DNA of 64,000 bases, from positions 195,555,741 through 195,619,740 of the forward strand of contig CM041465.1 of assembly GCA_023213395.1 (NCBI GenBank), read 5' to 3'. Made by a program: the position numbers and the translations under genes. The notes beneath the pieces were generated by a model. It saw only the letters and a program-made list of their open reading frames with translations, made no database searches and was not told the DNA's origin. Source of the stretch: Cycas panzhihuaensis (Eukaryota > Plantae > Cycadophyta). Of the stretch, positions 54,331 through 64,000 are shown piece after piece. Positions within the stretch are counted from its first letter, which is position 1. Each line of letters opens with the position of its first letter.

Positions 54331-54621
54331 TGTTAGAATTAATGTTCATATAGAACGCGTTTGGTTGGTGAGTCGTCAGGAGTTACAAAGCCCTTAATAG
54401 ACTTGTGATGGGTGTCAGGGTGGTTACGAGTTCCTATTTGGATTGTTATTGACCTCGGATTGTTATTGACCTCGCTTATAATTATACATGTATAGAGTTG
54501 TATTTTGTATGGGTCATTCCTAATGAATGAAAATCTGTTTAGTCCACCTGAAAACTGTGTTTAGTATTCTTTTGTTTGGTTCCTTTTTTCGATCCATTAA
54601 ATTTATGTGTGGTATCAAAGC
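54331..54621 (+). mobile_element. LTR plus PBS-Met of a degenerate LTR element
   Basis: TGTTAG start, TATA-like tataattata, and TGGTATCAAAGC at 54610-54621. Confidence 0.55.
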
Positions 54622-56009
54622 GGGTTTTTGTAGGTTGATAATTAATTTTCCACTTTTAAAGTGTGGAGTCAACCAGTCTGTGGGTGACTTCAGTCTTAAG
54701 TTTTTCACCAATTATGCTGTGATTTATTGTGATAAGAAGTTGAAGTATTGTGAAAGAAGAACCAATTTGTTCTGTGAAGTGCTGAAGGATTGGTCATGGA
54801 TTTCTGTTCGAAGATGTGAACAGGTTCTGTGCTCTTCAAGGAAGTTTGTCGATAATGAGCAAATCTGAGCAAGTACCAAAATTCATCTCGTTTGGAGTTC
54901 ATGGGTTTTGTTTGGGGGATTTGTAGCAGATTTGTCATTATGGGTCTTAGAATGTATGCCAATGGCCCATTTATCTCCGTTAGGTGACTCTATATGATGC
55001 CTATTTACAATTACAGTGGTTGTTGAGATCCAAGAGGGAATTTATTCCAGTGGAGGGTAGCTTTGAAAACCAAGATATACGCAATGTTTAACAATGTTGA
55101 TGTTCCAACAATGAGTAGATTTTAAGAATTGAGATAGAGAACAATTAGAAATGGAGGCGCCATGGAATTTCAACATCAGGGAGAACATGGACGTTGGAAG
55201 CTTTTCTTGTCCATGAGTAGGTTGAAATAGTAAACATCTCAGTCAAAGGAGCACAAAACCAAATGCAGACAAGAAATGAATTGCAACAACACCCTCCACT
55301 GAGATGCCCAATGCAGAATGTTCGAACAACAACTAGCAAACGAGAAACGAGAGATGAACGCCCGCTGAGAAGAACACAAAGATGAAGTAAACACAGTCAA
55401 TTGTTAACCAACATGGGGGGTACATGGATGTAATCACAAATTGTTCAGAGTTGAAGTCGAAATGCTCATAAACCAGGCAAAATGAGAATTGGAACTAGAT
55501 CGATGCGAATTTGCACAACACAGGAGATATTGGCGACGAAATTTGGCATGTATGGCAGCAGATATGTACGCTTAAAAAATTTCAGATGTTTTTATTAAAT
55601 TAAAGTGTTTTTAATTTGTTTTGAAGTTTGTCGAGTAGACCCTAGTGAAATAGTCCCCTGGTCACGTGTTACACAAGGTGCTAAGGGTTTTTCTCAGTTA
55701 ATTAAGAGTCCATTTAAAAGTTGAGACCACATTTGCACTACAACCTTTTGTGCTCTACTCGTTGAGCATGGTCATATGATGAAATTCTGGTTCCTTGCAT
55801 GGTGACTGGAATTTTGTTATTTTGTTGACACTTTACATAGCAAGTGAGGACCCCCTGCAAACTTCATATTTTAATAAAATTGTGTGTGTGTGTTATATCA
55901 ACACTATTTAACAGCCACCTTCTTGTGTTTTTCTTTGTAATTTTTTATTCTTGCACTTTAAATGGGCGGAAAATCATTATTCTCCCACTCTAAAAAACTG
56001 CCCTAGAAG

Positions 56010-56177
56010 ACTCGCTATAACTACAACAAACCGGGTCATGTCAAGGAAAAATGTAAGATGTTGCAGATTGGTCAACAACATAAAGGCAGTTTGCAGAATA
56101 GAACTGATTAGAGGATTATGGCAATGCATCAAAGAGGGTTCAATGATGTTTGGTATATTGACTCAAGCACTTCTAGG
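56010..56177 (+). pseudogene. Copia gag zinc knuckle and protease start, cut by the gypsy LTR at 56178
   Basis: RYNYNKPGHVKEKC (decayed CCHC) and NDVWYIDSSTSR (cf. W..DSGAS.HM). Confidence 0.7.
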
Positions 56178-57010
56178 TGTTGAAGTCAAAAGTGATCCAA
56201 TGGCTGTGTGAGGACCAGAGGTAGGTCAGATAACCCGAGTTGTGCAGGTACGGCTCGTACGAAGGTACGCACGAGGCAAAACGGCAGAAAAACCAGCATG
56301 CAGGTGCGTATGACAGCGTGCACTGAACGGATACGATATGACGTATGCACCAACGGCGGAACGGAATCGAGCAGAAGCAGTACGCACGACTCAAGGGGAC
56401 CAGTGAAAACCTGTTGAGGTGTTGACGACGCATCTTGTCTGAACACAAAGAATGGATTAATTAAGTGCTAAACAATTGATTAAGTGAAAGAGTACGCATG
56501 ACTGAAAGGGTACGGTTATGACAGGCAGTCATAACCCTTTAGCCAAAAGGTACCAACATGAGTACTTAAGGAGGTATGCATGATTCACCAGGTTAGGGTG
56601 AGAGCCGGATATCACTGCACGCAAAGGGTGCGGGAGCCGACGCACGACGACCATTTGGAGCATCATCGTATGATAAGTACCATCCGGTACGCATATGTAA
56701 TGAAAGATTGTATGTCACTTTGGAATGCTCAGGAATGCATTCCAGCCTCTGTGTAAATGAACTGTTGACTTAATAAAAGGAAGAGTTACGTGGAAATTGG
56801 TGTATTCTTGGTGTTGTGATGATGATTTGCTGAGTATGTATTGGTTTACATCACTGTGTACCATTCTGTGAATTATATGTGAAATATATGTGGAATGTAT
56901 GTGAATGACCATGTTGACAGTATCCTGAACTAGACTATAGCACAATGTAACCTTGACAAGTGTGGGATATCTCATAAGTGTAATAAGATAAACCCCAGCC
57001 AAAGTCAACA
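56178..57010 (+). repeat. 5' LTR of Gypsy-C
   Basis: Terminal inverted repeats TGTTGA...TCAACA, a CpG-retaining U3 with gtacgca-type repeats, and a PBS immediately after. Confidence 0.8.
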
Positions 57011-57011
57011 T

Positions 57012-57024
57012 TAGTTCCGTTGCC
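57012..57024 (+). promoter_or_regulatory. Primer-binding site, best match tRNA-Glu
   Basis: TAGTTCCGTTGCC vs TGGTTCCGTTGCC, the complement of the plant cytosolic tRNA-Glu 3' end GGCAACGGAACCA (recalled); 12/13 match. Confidence 0.65.
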
Positions 57025-57148
57025 TACGTCCGCTAAGGAGGGACAAGGGCCTAGGAGTTTCAAAGAAAAGTATGTGTAAAGGACAGAGGACCCTGGCTGC
57101 CGTCGTGATGGCGGGCTGTAACTAAGCCACCGTGTGTGGGACCTTCCA

Positions 57149-59102
57149 ATGCCACCTAAGAGGCCTTCAAGGTCGGAACAGCCCCAGAAGGATACTTCAC
57201 CCATGGAAAAGGAAACCAGCAGACAAAGGGCACTAAGATGGTCAAAAGAATCAAAACTCAGAAGGGCGAGGAGGTTAAGTTCGTAAAACAACGAGACTAG
57301 AGGGACAGTCTGTTGAAGGATCTGAGGCAAGTGGAACCCAGACACCTTAGGAAGAGGAAACTCATGGCGAACGCATGGTATTGACACCAGCCCCAATCAG
57401 AGATGATTTGTTTAGCCCGGAGATTGAAGGCAAACCAAAAGTGGATGAAAAACATCAAGAGATCTTAGCGGAGGGAAGTATACCAGTGGAGGACAGCCCG
57501 AAGGACCTAGGTGACAGCGATAAGAAGGCGGAGGAAGGTCCCTCGGCATATTGAGAGAATAAGCTAACGAGACAGCTTTTCGAAGATTCGACAGAAAGGG
57601 GTTTTGATCAATCTTATATTACGGTAACACCATTGACGATACAAGTTCTAGGTGTAGTGGAACCCATACATATAAAAACTCCATTCAAGAATCCATTTGC
57701 TTGGAAAAGATAAAATGCCGGTAGGCACTCCCAGTGCATCCCCAAAGGAGAGAGGAAGGAAAAATCACCATCAGGTGGGGGACAGTTACAATCTCCCAAA
57801 ATGGATGACTATAGAGACTTTGGGAAACTAATCTTTAATGATACTTCAGACGCAGCAAAGCATGTATATCTATTTCAGAGCCTTATTGATGTAAAAAAGA
57901 TTACAGACGAAGATGAAATCAAAGCATGATTCGCTTGTACGTTAAGAGGAGTACTCTTGGCATGGTATAAGGAAACAAATAAGAATGAGCCATGGGTGAA
58001 ACTTAAGAAAGCATTCAAGAAGAGATTTCAAAAATTTCGCAGTAATGAAGCTGTGGAAATCGCACTACGAGAGATCAGACAGAGGCCGGGGGAATCCGTC
58101 CTAACTTACATTAGCCGAATGAAAATTATTGCGGTGAACATGATCAATGAGACGATAACAAATCATAATATGAAGAATTACTTTGTAAGAGGACTGAATG
58201 AGAAGTTGCGAGCCATGATGCATGCTCATCCACTGAAATCATTCAAGAATGCTCAAGATCTAGCATTAGACTTTGAAATGGAAATGGACGCACAAGCGGG
58301 AGGACAAGACTCCTTGTTGCTGAGGTTACAGGACGAGATTAGAGAGTTGAAGCAAAACCCGGTACAACCGACCCTACGCCGGTGGGGGTAGCAGAAGAGG
58401 AATCGGAGTTGGAGGCATTGAGAAAAGAGGTGGCTAGATTGAAAATTAGAAATAACCGTGAAGAAGAGGAAACACCCAAAAAAAAAGAGCACACTGGAAG
58501 GGTAACCAAGTGGTGCCACATTTGCGAAGAAAACTCACATACCACCACGGAATGTGATTTAAATTTTAAAAACAGTGCATTGCACCAACAAGAGAAGTGG
58601 TGCCATATATGTGAAGTTGACACACATACAACTAAGGATTGTTTCTACAATCCTAGGGGAAAAGCATTCAAAGGACAAGGTCGGGGAAGGGGAGGCAACC
58701 CACCTCGGAATGTGTATACAACGAGGGGCGCACCAGAACCCTCGAGGAAGAAACCGCCGATGGGGAGATGCCTCATCTGTTTGGGCAATCGGAAGTCGAA
58801 TGCCCAATGAAGGGAATACGAGCGAAGCCGTCAGTGTCAGTAACTGTGGCCCAAGTGACCACAAAACAGAGGATTGCAAAGGCAAAGCCAAAGCGACTAA
58901 CCTGATGACAATCGTACGAGAAACCAAGAATGTCAAATTACAAAACAAACAGAAGGAGAAATTGGATGAAGGATATCCAGATCCACCGACGGAAATGGAT
59001 CAGTATAGAAAAGCGAAACAAGTGTTAGATGGCCTAGTCCCGGAGGAGAATACATTACCAATGGGTAAACCGGAAACGAAATACGATATAATGAAAGAAT
59101 AA
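57149..59102 (+). pseudogene. Gypsy-C gag (frameshifted): capsid plus multiple CCHC zinc knuckles
   Basis: Possible start MPPKRPSRS at 57149. Capsid from 57801 (DAAKHV..F..TLRG..LAWY..W..LKKAFKKRF..IRQRPGESV..Y..YFVRGL). Knuckles WCHICEENSHTTTEC and WCHICEVDTHTTKDC. Confidence 0.88.
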
Positions 59103-59241
59103 ACAAAAGGAACAAGAAAAACTACCGGAAGAACTTAAGACAAAGCCCCAAATGGTGCAAATGGAAGAGCTTTTCAAAGGATTGTCACCGAGGATATCCG
59201 AATGTTGCTATTGATGGAGAATTTGGTGAAAGCGATTCTGA

Positions 59242-60231
59242 TTGACTATTCCTCTATCCCAAGTTATTGATTGGATCAAAGGAGGAGTGTTACAGAAAGG
59301 AATTACCAAGAGTTGGAAGCAAATTATACCATCATTCGACATGGATCCGATGGTAACCATGTCAGTCTTGGGGGAAACATTCCCACGGGTAATTGTTGAT
59401 GGAGGCGCAGCAGTGAACGTATTACCAGCTGCAACGTGGCGTAGATTGGGAAGCCCGAAGTTGGAAGCGGCGACCTATTCGCTGAAATTGGCTAATGAAC
59501 TATTGGTACGACCTATGGGCAGACTAGCCAATATCAAAGTAGACGTGGCAGGGATAGTGGTGCGAATCGACTTCACGATTGTGGAAACAGAGAAAGGAGC
59601 AACACCCTATCCAGCACTATTGGGAAGGCCATGGTTATATAAAACACAATGCCTTCAGAATTGGAAAAATGTAGCCTTCACTCTATCAGATAGCGACAAC
59701 AAAGTGGTATTGCCAATGCTGGGAAGAAGCTCGATTGAAATAATTCCAGATGAAGGATCCAGCACAACGGTAACGAGTGACACAACATTCTCTTCCATTG
59801 GGGAAGAACATATCTACCACATGGCAGAAGAGCCCACCACATCGAATAATCACCAGCGAGAAGAACCAACAGATCTTGGGGAGGTATACAACTCTTCGGA
59901 TGACGAACACGGCATGAGGTTCGTGGATTACTGGCTTCAGGATACGTATGAAGTAAACTCTTCTTCTTACAGATGTAATTTGCTATCTAAATGTGTATCT
60001 GCAAACATTGATAATAATTCAGATTCTTTTGAATATATGCTGACTAACGATAATTTGAAAAATGGTAACAACCTAGACCAACCAACCCTTAGTTTACCTA
60101 GTAATTTTCATAGTTTTTTTGTAGTTAATAGTAATCCCGACATCCCATCTACTTGCGTGGGTCCCGAGGTAGATTCCCAAACCCCTTATTACAACCTGAG
60201 GAAGGAAGTATTCCTTCCTCCTCTTCCTTAG
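59242..60231 (+). pseudogene. Gypsy-C aspartic protease plus linker
   Basis: IVDGGAAVNVLP active site and ALLGRPWL motif. Confidence 0.9.
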
Positions 60232-60288
60232 AGGTACACCCACCTGTACCACAAATCTCTTCCAACCATTGGCGCCAAAACTGGGGAA

Positions 60289-61374
60289 ATGGAAGGAGGA
60301 TTGCTGGTAAGTACTTCTAGCGATTCTGGTCTAGATAGTAAAATCATTATCCCAGAGGAAACAAACTATCAAATCTATATTGGGAACTATGTAAAACCAT
60401 TCTATGGGGAGCAGTTATATGGGACTACCCATTTAACGCACTGTGTTGAGTATTGGATAGATCAGGGGAACTGGGACAAAACCCAATGGCAGCAAGACCT
60501 AATCCTAACCTTACAAGGGAGAGCTTGGTACTGGTACCTATCCCACCAAGCCACTCTTAGGAGTTGGCAAGATTTACAAACGATGTTTCGAATACGGTTC
60601 GATCATCCAACCCAACCAACTATTCCAATATTCTACGTAGGTCATAACCCTAGAAAACATATACAGGTTTGTAAACAAAAATGGAGATCCTTAAGTATAC
60701 CTAAACGGAATTGGCCTAACTATTTTTACCATACCTTGGGGAGAGTAGCAAAGGACTGGTTCCTGGGGAAGGAACAAAATCTAGATACAACTTGGGGAAA
60801 CTTGAAGAAATCCTTCATAAAAACCTTTAGGCATACTTCGGATAACCAAGAAATAAACAAAATCCTGAAACATATTAGAATAATGAGCATAAAATTAGAA
60901 CAACATCTAACAGATCAGGAAACGATAGAGTCTATGCATAGTGAAGAAGAAGAGGTCATGAATTATCCTGTAGAGTTTACAGAATTTACTGTTGGAGAAA
61001 GAAAGATAGAAGATGCCCCGGGACACAAAACCGGAAATGCAGAAGATGTGGGTATAACAAGGTTGAAAACTACAGAAATTAATGTTGGTAGTTCAGAAAA
61101 TCCTAAGCTCATTCGAATTGAAAACTATTGGGATCCTCAAACGGTAGCAGAAGCCCAGCAGTTATTTGAGGAATTCCGTGATGTATTTGCATGGTCGTAT
61201 AAAGACCTGAAAGGCATTCTCCCAGAGATAGGAATGCATCATATCGATCTAGTGGAAGACGCCAAACCGGTGAAACAAAGACCATATCAGATGAATCTAA
61301 AATACAAAGAGAAAGTAAAAGTAGAACTTGATAAAATGTTGGAAGCAGGTTATATATACGAGATCGACTACTGA
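60289..61374 (+). pseudogene. Gypsy-C two tandem Gag-capsid-NTD-like domains fused to the RT N-terminus
   Basis: TLQGRAWYWY..SWQDLQTMFRIRF and HTLGRVAKDWF..TWGNLKKSFIKTF, then EFRDVFAWSYKDLKGI..HHIDL..KPVKQRPY. Confidence 0.85.
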
Positions 61375-62560
61375 CGGGTGAGCCTGTAGTAGTGGTTCCT
61401 AAGAAAAATGGGAAAATTCGCGTCTGTGTGGATTACAGACAGTTGAATAAGGTGACGAAAAAGGATCCATTCCCGTTACTTTTTATGGAGGATATTTTAG
61501 AAGCAGTTGGGGGAAATGAGATCTATTCCTTCACAGACGCATTTAGTGGGTACAATCAAGTGCAGATTGCCTCGGAAGATCAGGCAAAAACGACATTCGT
61601 AACAGAATGGGGTACGTACGCCTATAAAGTGATGCCATTTGGTCTTACGAATGCACCAACAACATTCCAGCGAATTGTGATTAATATCTTTCAGAAATTT
61701 ATTGGAGAAAAAGTTGCTGTATTCTTAGACGATTGGACGTTGTATGGATTAATGAAAAATCATATGGAAAACTTGAGAGAAATGTTGCAAACATGCCGAG
61801 AAAATAAATTGCCTCAATCCATAAAAGTGTACATTTCTAGTACCCCTTGGAAACCTCTTAGGGCATATAGTCAGCAAAGAAGGATTGCTGACCGATCCAG
61901 CAAAAGTGTCTGCCATTCTACACTTTTCGACACCGATTACGAGAAAATAGCTGAAAGGTTTTCTGGGTTTGACGGGATATTATAGAAAATTTATCAGAGG
62001 GTATGCATACATATCAGGACCCCTGGAAGAATTGCTGAAAAAGAATGTTGAATGGACATGGACAGAAGATCAGCAACGAGCATTTGAAACATTGAAACAG
62101 GTCATTGTAGCAGCGCCTATACTGCGGTTCCCAGATTGGAAGAAAAATTTTCACGTACATGTGGATGCGTCGCAATACGCTATTGGATGCGTATTGCCAC
62201 AACCCAGCGATGATAAAACAGATCATCCAATCTATTTCGCCAGTCGGAAACTTACGAGAGCCGAGCAAAATTATACGACGACAGAAACAGAAGCACTCGG
62301 CATGGTCTATGCATTACAAAAGTTTCGACATTATTTGTTATCCAATCCATTCCTGTTTTTCGTTAACCACCAAGCGCTGATGTATCTAGTGAATAAACCG
62401 ATTATGCGAGGAAGAATCAACGGATGGTTAATGTTGTTTCAAGAATTTTCTTTCAAAATCATTGTGAAACCCGGCAAAGCCCACATCATTCCAGATCAGC
62501 TGTCGAGAATAAAAAACGGAGAAAAAGGCACAGGAGTATCAGATAATTTTTCAAATGCGC
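61375..62560 (+). pseudogene. Gypsy-C reverse transcriptase and RNase H (frameshifted)
   Basis: RVCVDYRQLN, DAFSGYNQ, MPFGLTNAP, VFLDDW; HVDASQYAIG, YFASRKL, NYTTTE.EAL. Confidence 0.93.
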
Positions 62561-62567
62561 CTGCTCG

Positions 62568-63829
62568 GTGTGGAAGCAGCCCAACAGACCGCACGAGGAA
62601 TACCGAGTATCTAGCGACCGAGAAGCGCCAGCAGAGTTAGATCGTACGGGGAAGAGAAATTTCATCAGAAAAGCAGAACCGTATCAACTTATCAGCGGAG
62701 AGTTGTACAAGTTGGGGCCAGACGACATATTACGACGTTGTGTTCGATAAAGATGAGATAAACGGATCATATCGCAGCACATGAAAGAGTAGCGGTGGCC
62801 ACATGGGGAAATTGGCCACATGGCGGAAGATCTTGACGCCGGATTCGTGGCCATCAATGTTCAAGATGTCAAAAATGGATTCAAGCATGTGATTATTGCC
62901 AACGCGTGGGGAAACCTAATCGACAGGATTTCCAACCGTTACATCCCATATTACCTTTGGCACCGTTCGAAAGATGGGGGCTTGACTTTGTGGGGCCAAT
63001 CAAACCAGCGACGCGTAGATCCAAAGCTCGATACATTCTAGTGGCAACCGATTATACGACAAAATGGATGGAAGCACGCGCATTGCGAAAAGCCGATGTA
63101 GAAAGCACAGCAAGATTTCTGTATGAGGTAGTGATTACGCGATTTGGATGCCCCTTAGAGATCGTCAGTGACCAAGGTGCCCACTTCCTTAACCAGACTA
63201 TTGAAACATTGACAACCGCCTTCATGATTAGCCATCGAAAATCAACTCCCTACTACCCGAGAGCCAATGGTCAAGCAGAGAGCTCAAATAAGATAATCGA
63301 GAACTGCTTGCGAAAGATATGCGACATCGGCAGATTTGACTGGGCCGAGAAGTTACCCTCCGTGCTAGGGGCATTTCGTACGACATACAAAATGTCAACT
63401 GGTCAGACTCCATTCCAGCTTGTATATGGCACGGAAGCCATTCTCCCGACAGAGTTTGAGATACCCAGCTTACGAGTGGCAGTACAATGTCGATTAGACG
63501 ACCTCCAGTCCTTGGAACGACGACTGGAAGACTTAGTGCGGTTGAAAGAGAAACGACACCTAGCAAACTGGTTGCAACATATCGAAAAGCGGCGACAAAA
63601 AGCATGGCACGACTGCCATCTACGTAAACCCCAATTCAACGAAGGTGATCAAGTGTTGTTGTATGACAGTAAATTCAAAACGCACCCTGGGAAACTCAAG
63701 ATGCGGTGGTTGGGACCATACATCGCAGAAAGAATTTTTGAGAATGGATCGGTGCAGCTTCGAGAGATCGACGGACCTCTGCTACCAACTCGGGTAAATG
63801 GTAGCAGACTCAAGCCTTATATCGAGTAG
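62568..63829 (+). pseudogene. Gypsy-C integrase
   Basis: WGLDFVGP, IVSDQGAHF, YYPRANGQAE, TPFQLVYG and RWLGPY; ends RLKPYIE* with no chromodomain. Confidence 0.93.
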
Positions 63830-64000
63830 CCTAGCCAGGATCACCGGTTGTACCATATCGTGACAGCATGATGTTGAGGCAATCAACTGCCTTGATACCG
63901 AGCTATGATCTAGTTCGGTATGGATACAAAAATATTTAAAAAAAATTGAAAAAAATAAAAATAATCAGAACTCCACATCGATATAAGTAACAAAGATAAT

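Larger units (their letters stand above)
56178..64000 (+). mobile_element. Ty3/gypsy non-chromovirus (Athila/Tat-group-like) LTR retrotransposon (Gypsy-C); runs off the window
   Basis: 833-bp 5' LTR and PBS, then gag, protease, extra gag-like domains, RT, RNase H and integrase with GPY. No chromodomain and no archaeal-type RNase H visible. Confidence 0.93.

Noticed and set aside
56173-57396. Several 70-150 aa ORFs in the Gypsy-C LTR and leader
   Set aside because: GC-richer LTR sequence and antisense shadows of gag; no recognisable domains.
60397-60828. Archaeal-type RNase H (Tat-lineage extra domain) as the identity of the PR-RT insert
   Set aside because: Lacks the FDG / NN.AEY / GDS catalytic motifs; the W and F spacing matches the Gag capsid N-terminal lobe instead.
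63700-64000. Chromodomain or env-like ORF after integrase
   Set aside because: Integrase stops right after the GPY module, and the window ends 170 bp later, so an env ORF cannot be assessed.

Overview
AT-rich, CpG-depleted land-plant nuclear DNA; the retrotransposon content suggests a large gymnosperm-type genome (inference). It holds one intact host gene, an intronless DUF538 protein with a signal peptide (3070-3546, minus). The rest is mostly nested, decaying LTR retrotransposons. There are four near-full-length Ty1/copia elements: one sits inside a Ty3/gypsy pol, and another sits inside a further copia's gag. There are also several gypsy and copia fragments and solo LTRs. From 56178 to the window end is a comparatively young non-chromovirus Ty3/gypsy element, which is the most unusual object here. 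It has a tRNA-Glu-type PBS. Between protease and RT, in the same reading frame, it carries two extra tandem Gag capsid N-terminal-like domains, preceded by what looks like a relic LTR end plus PBS. Other notable structures are palindromic hairpin arrays in a copia 5' leader, discordant LTR pairs, a cluster of PBS-like motifs, a pre-miRNA-like hairpin, and an inverted pair of MSA-like motifs upstream of the DUF538 gene. All calls were made by eye with no database searches, so boundaries of degenerate elements are approximate.
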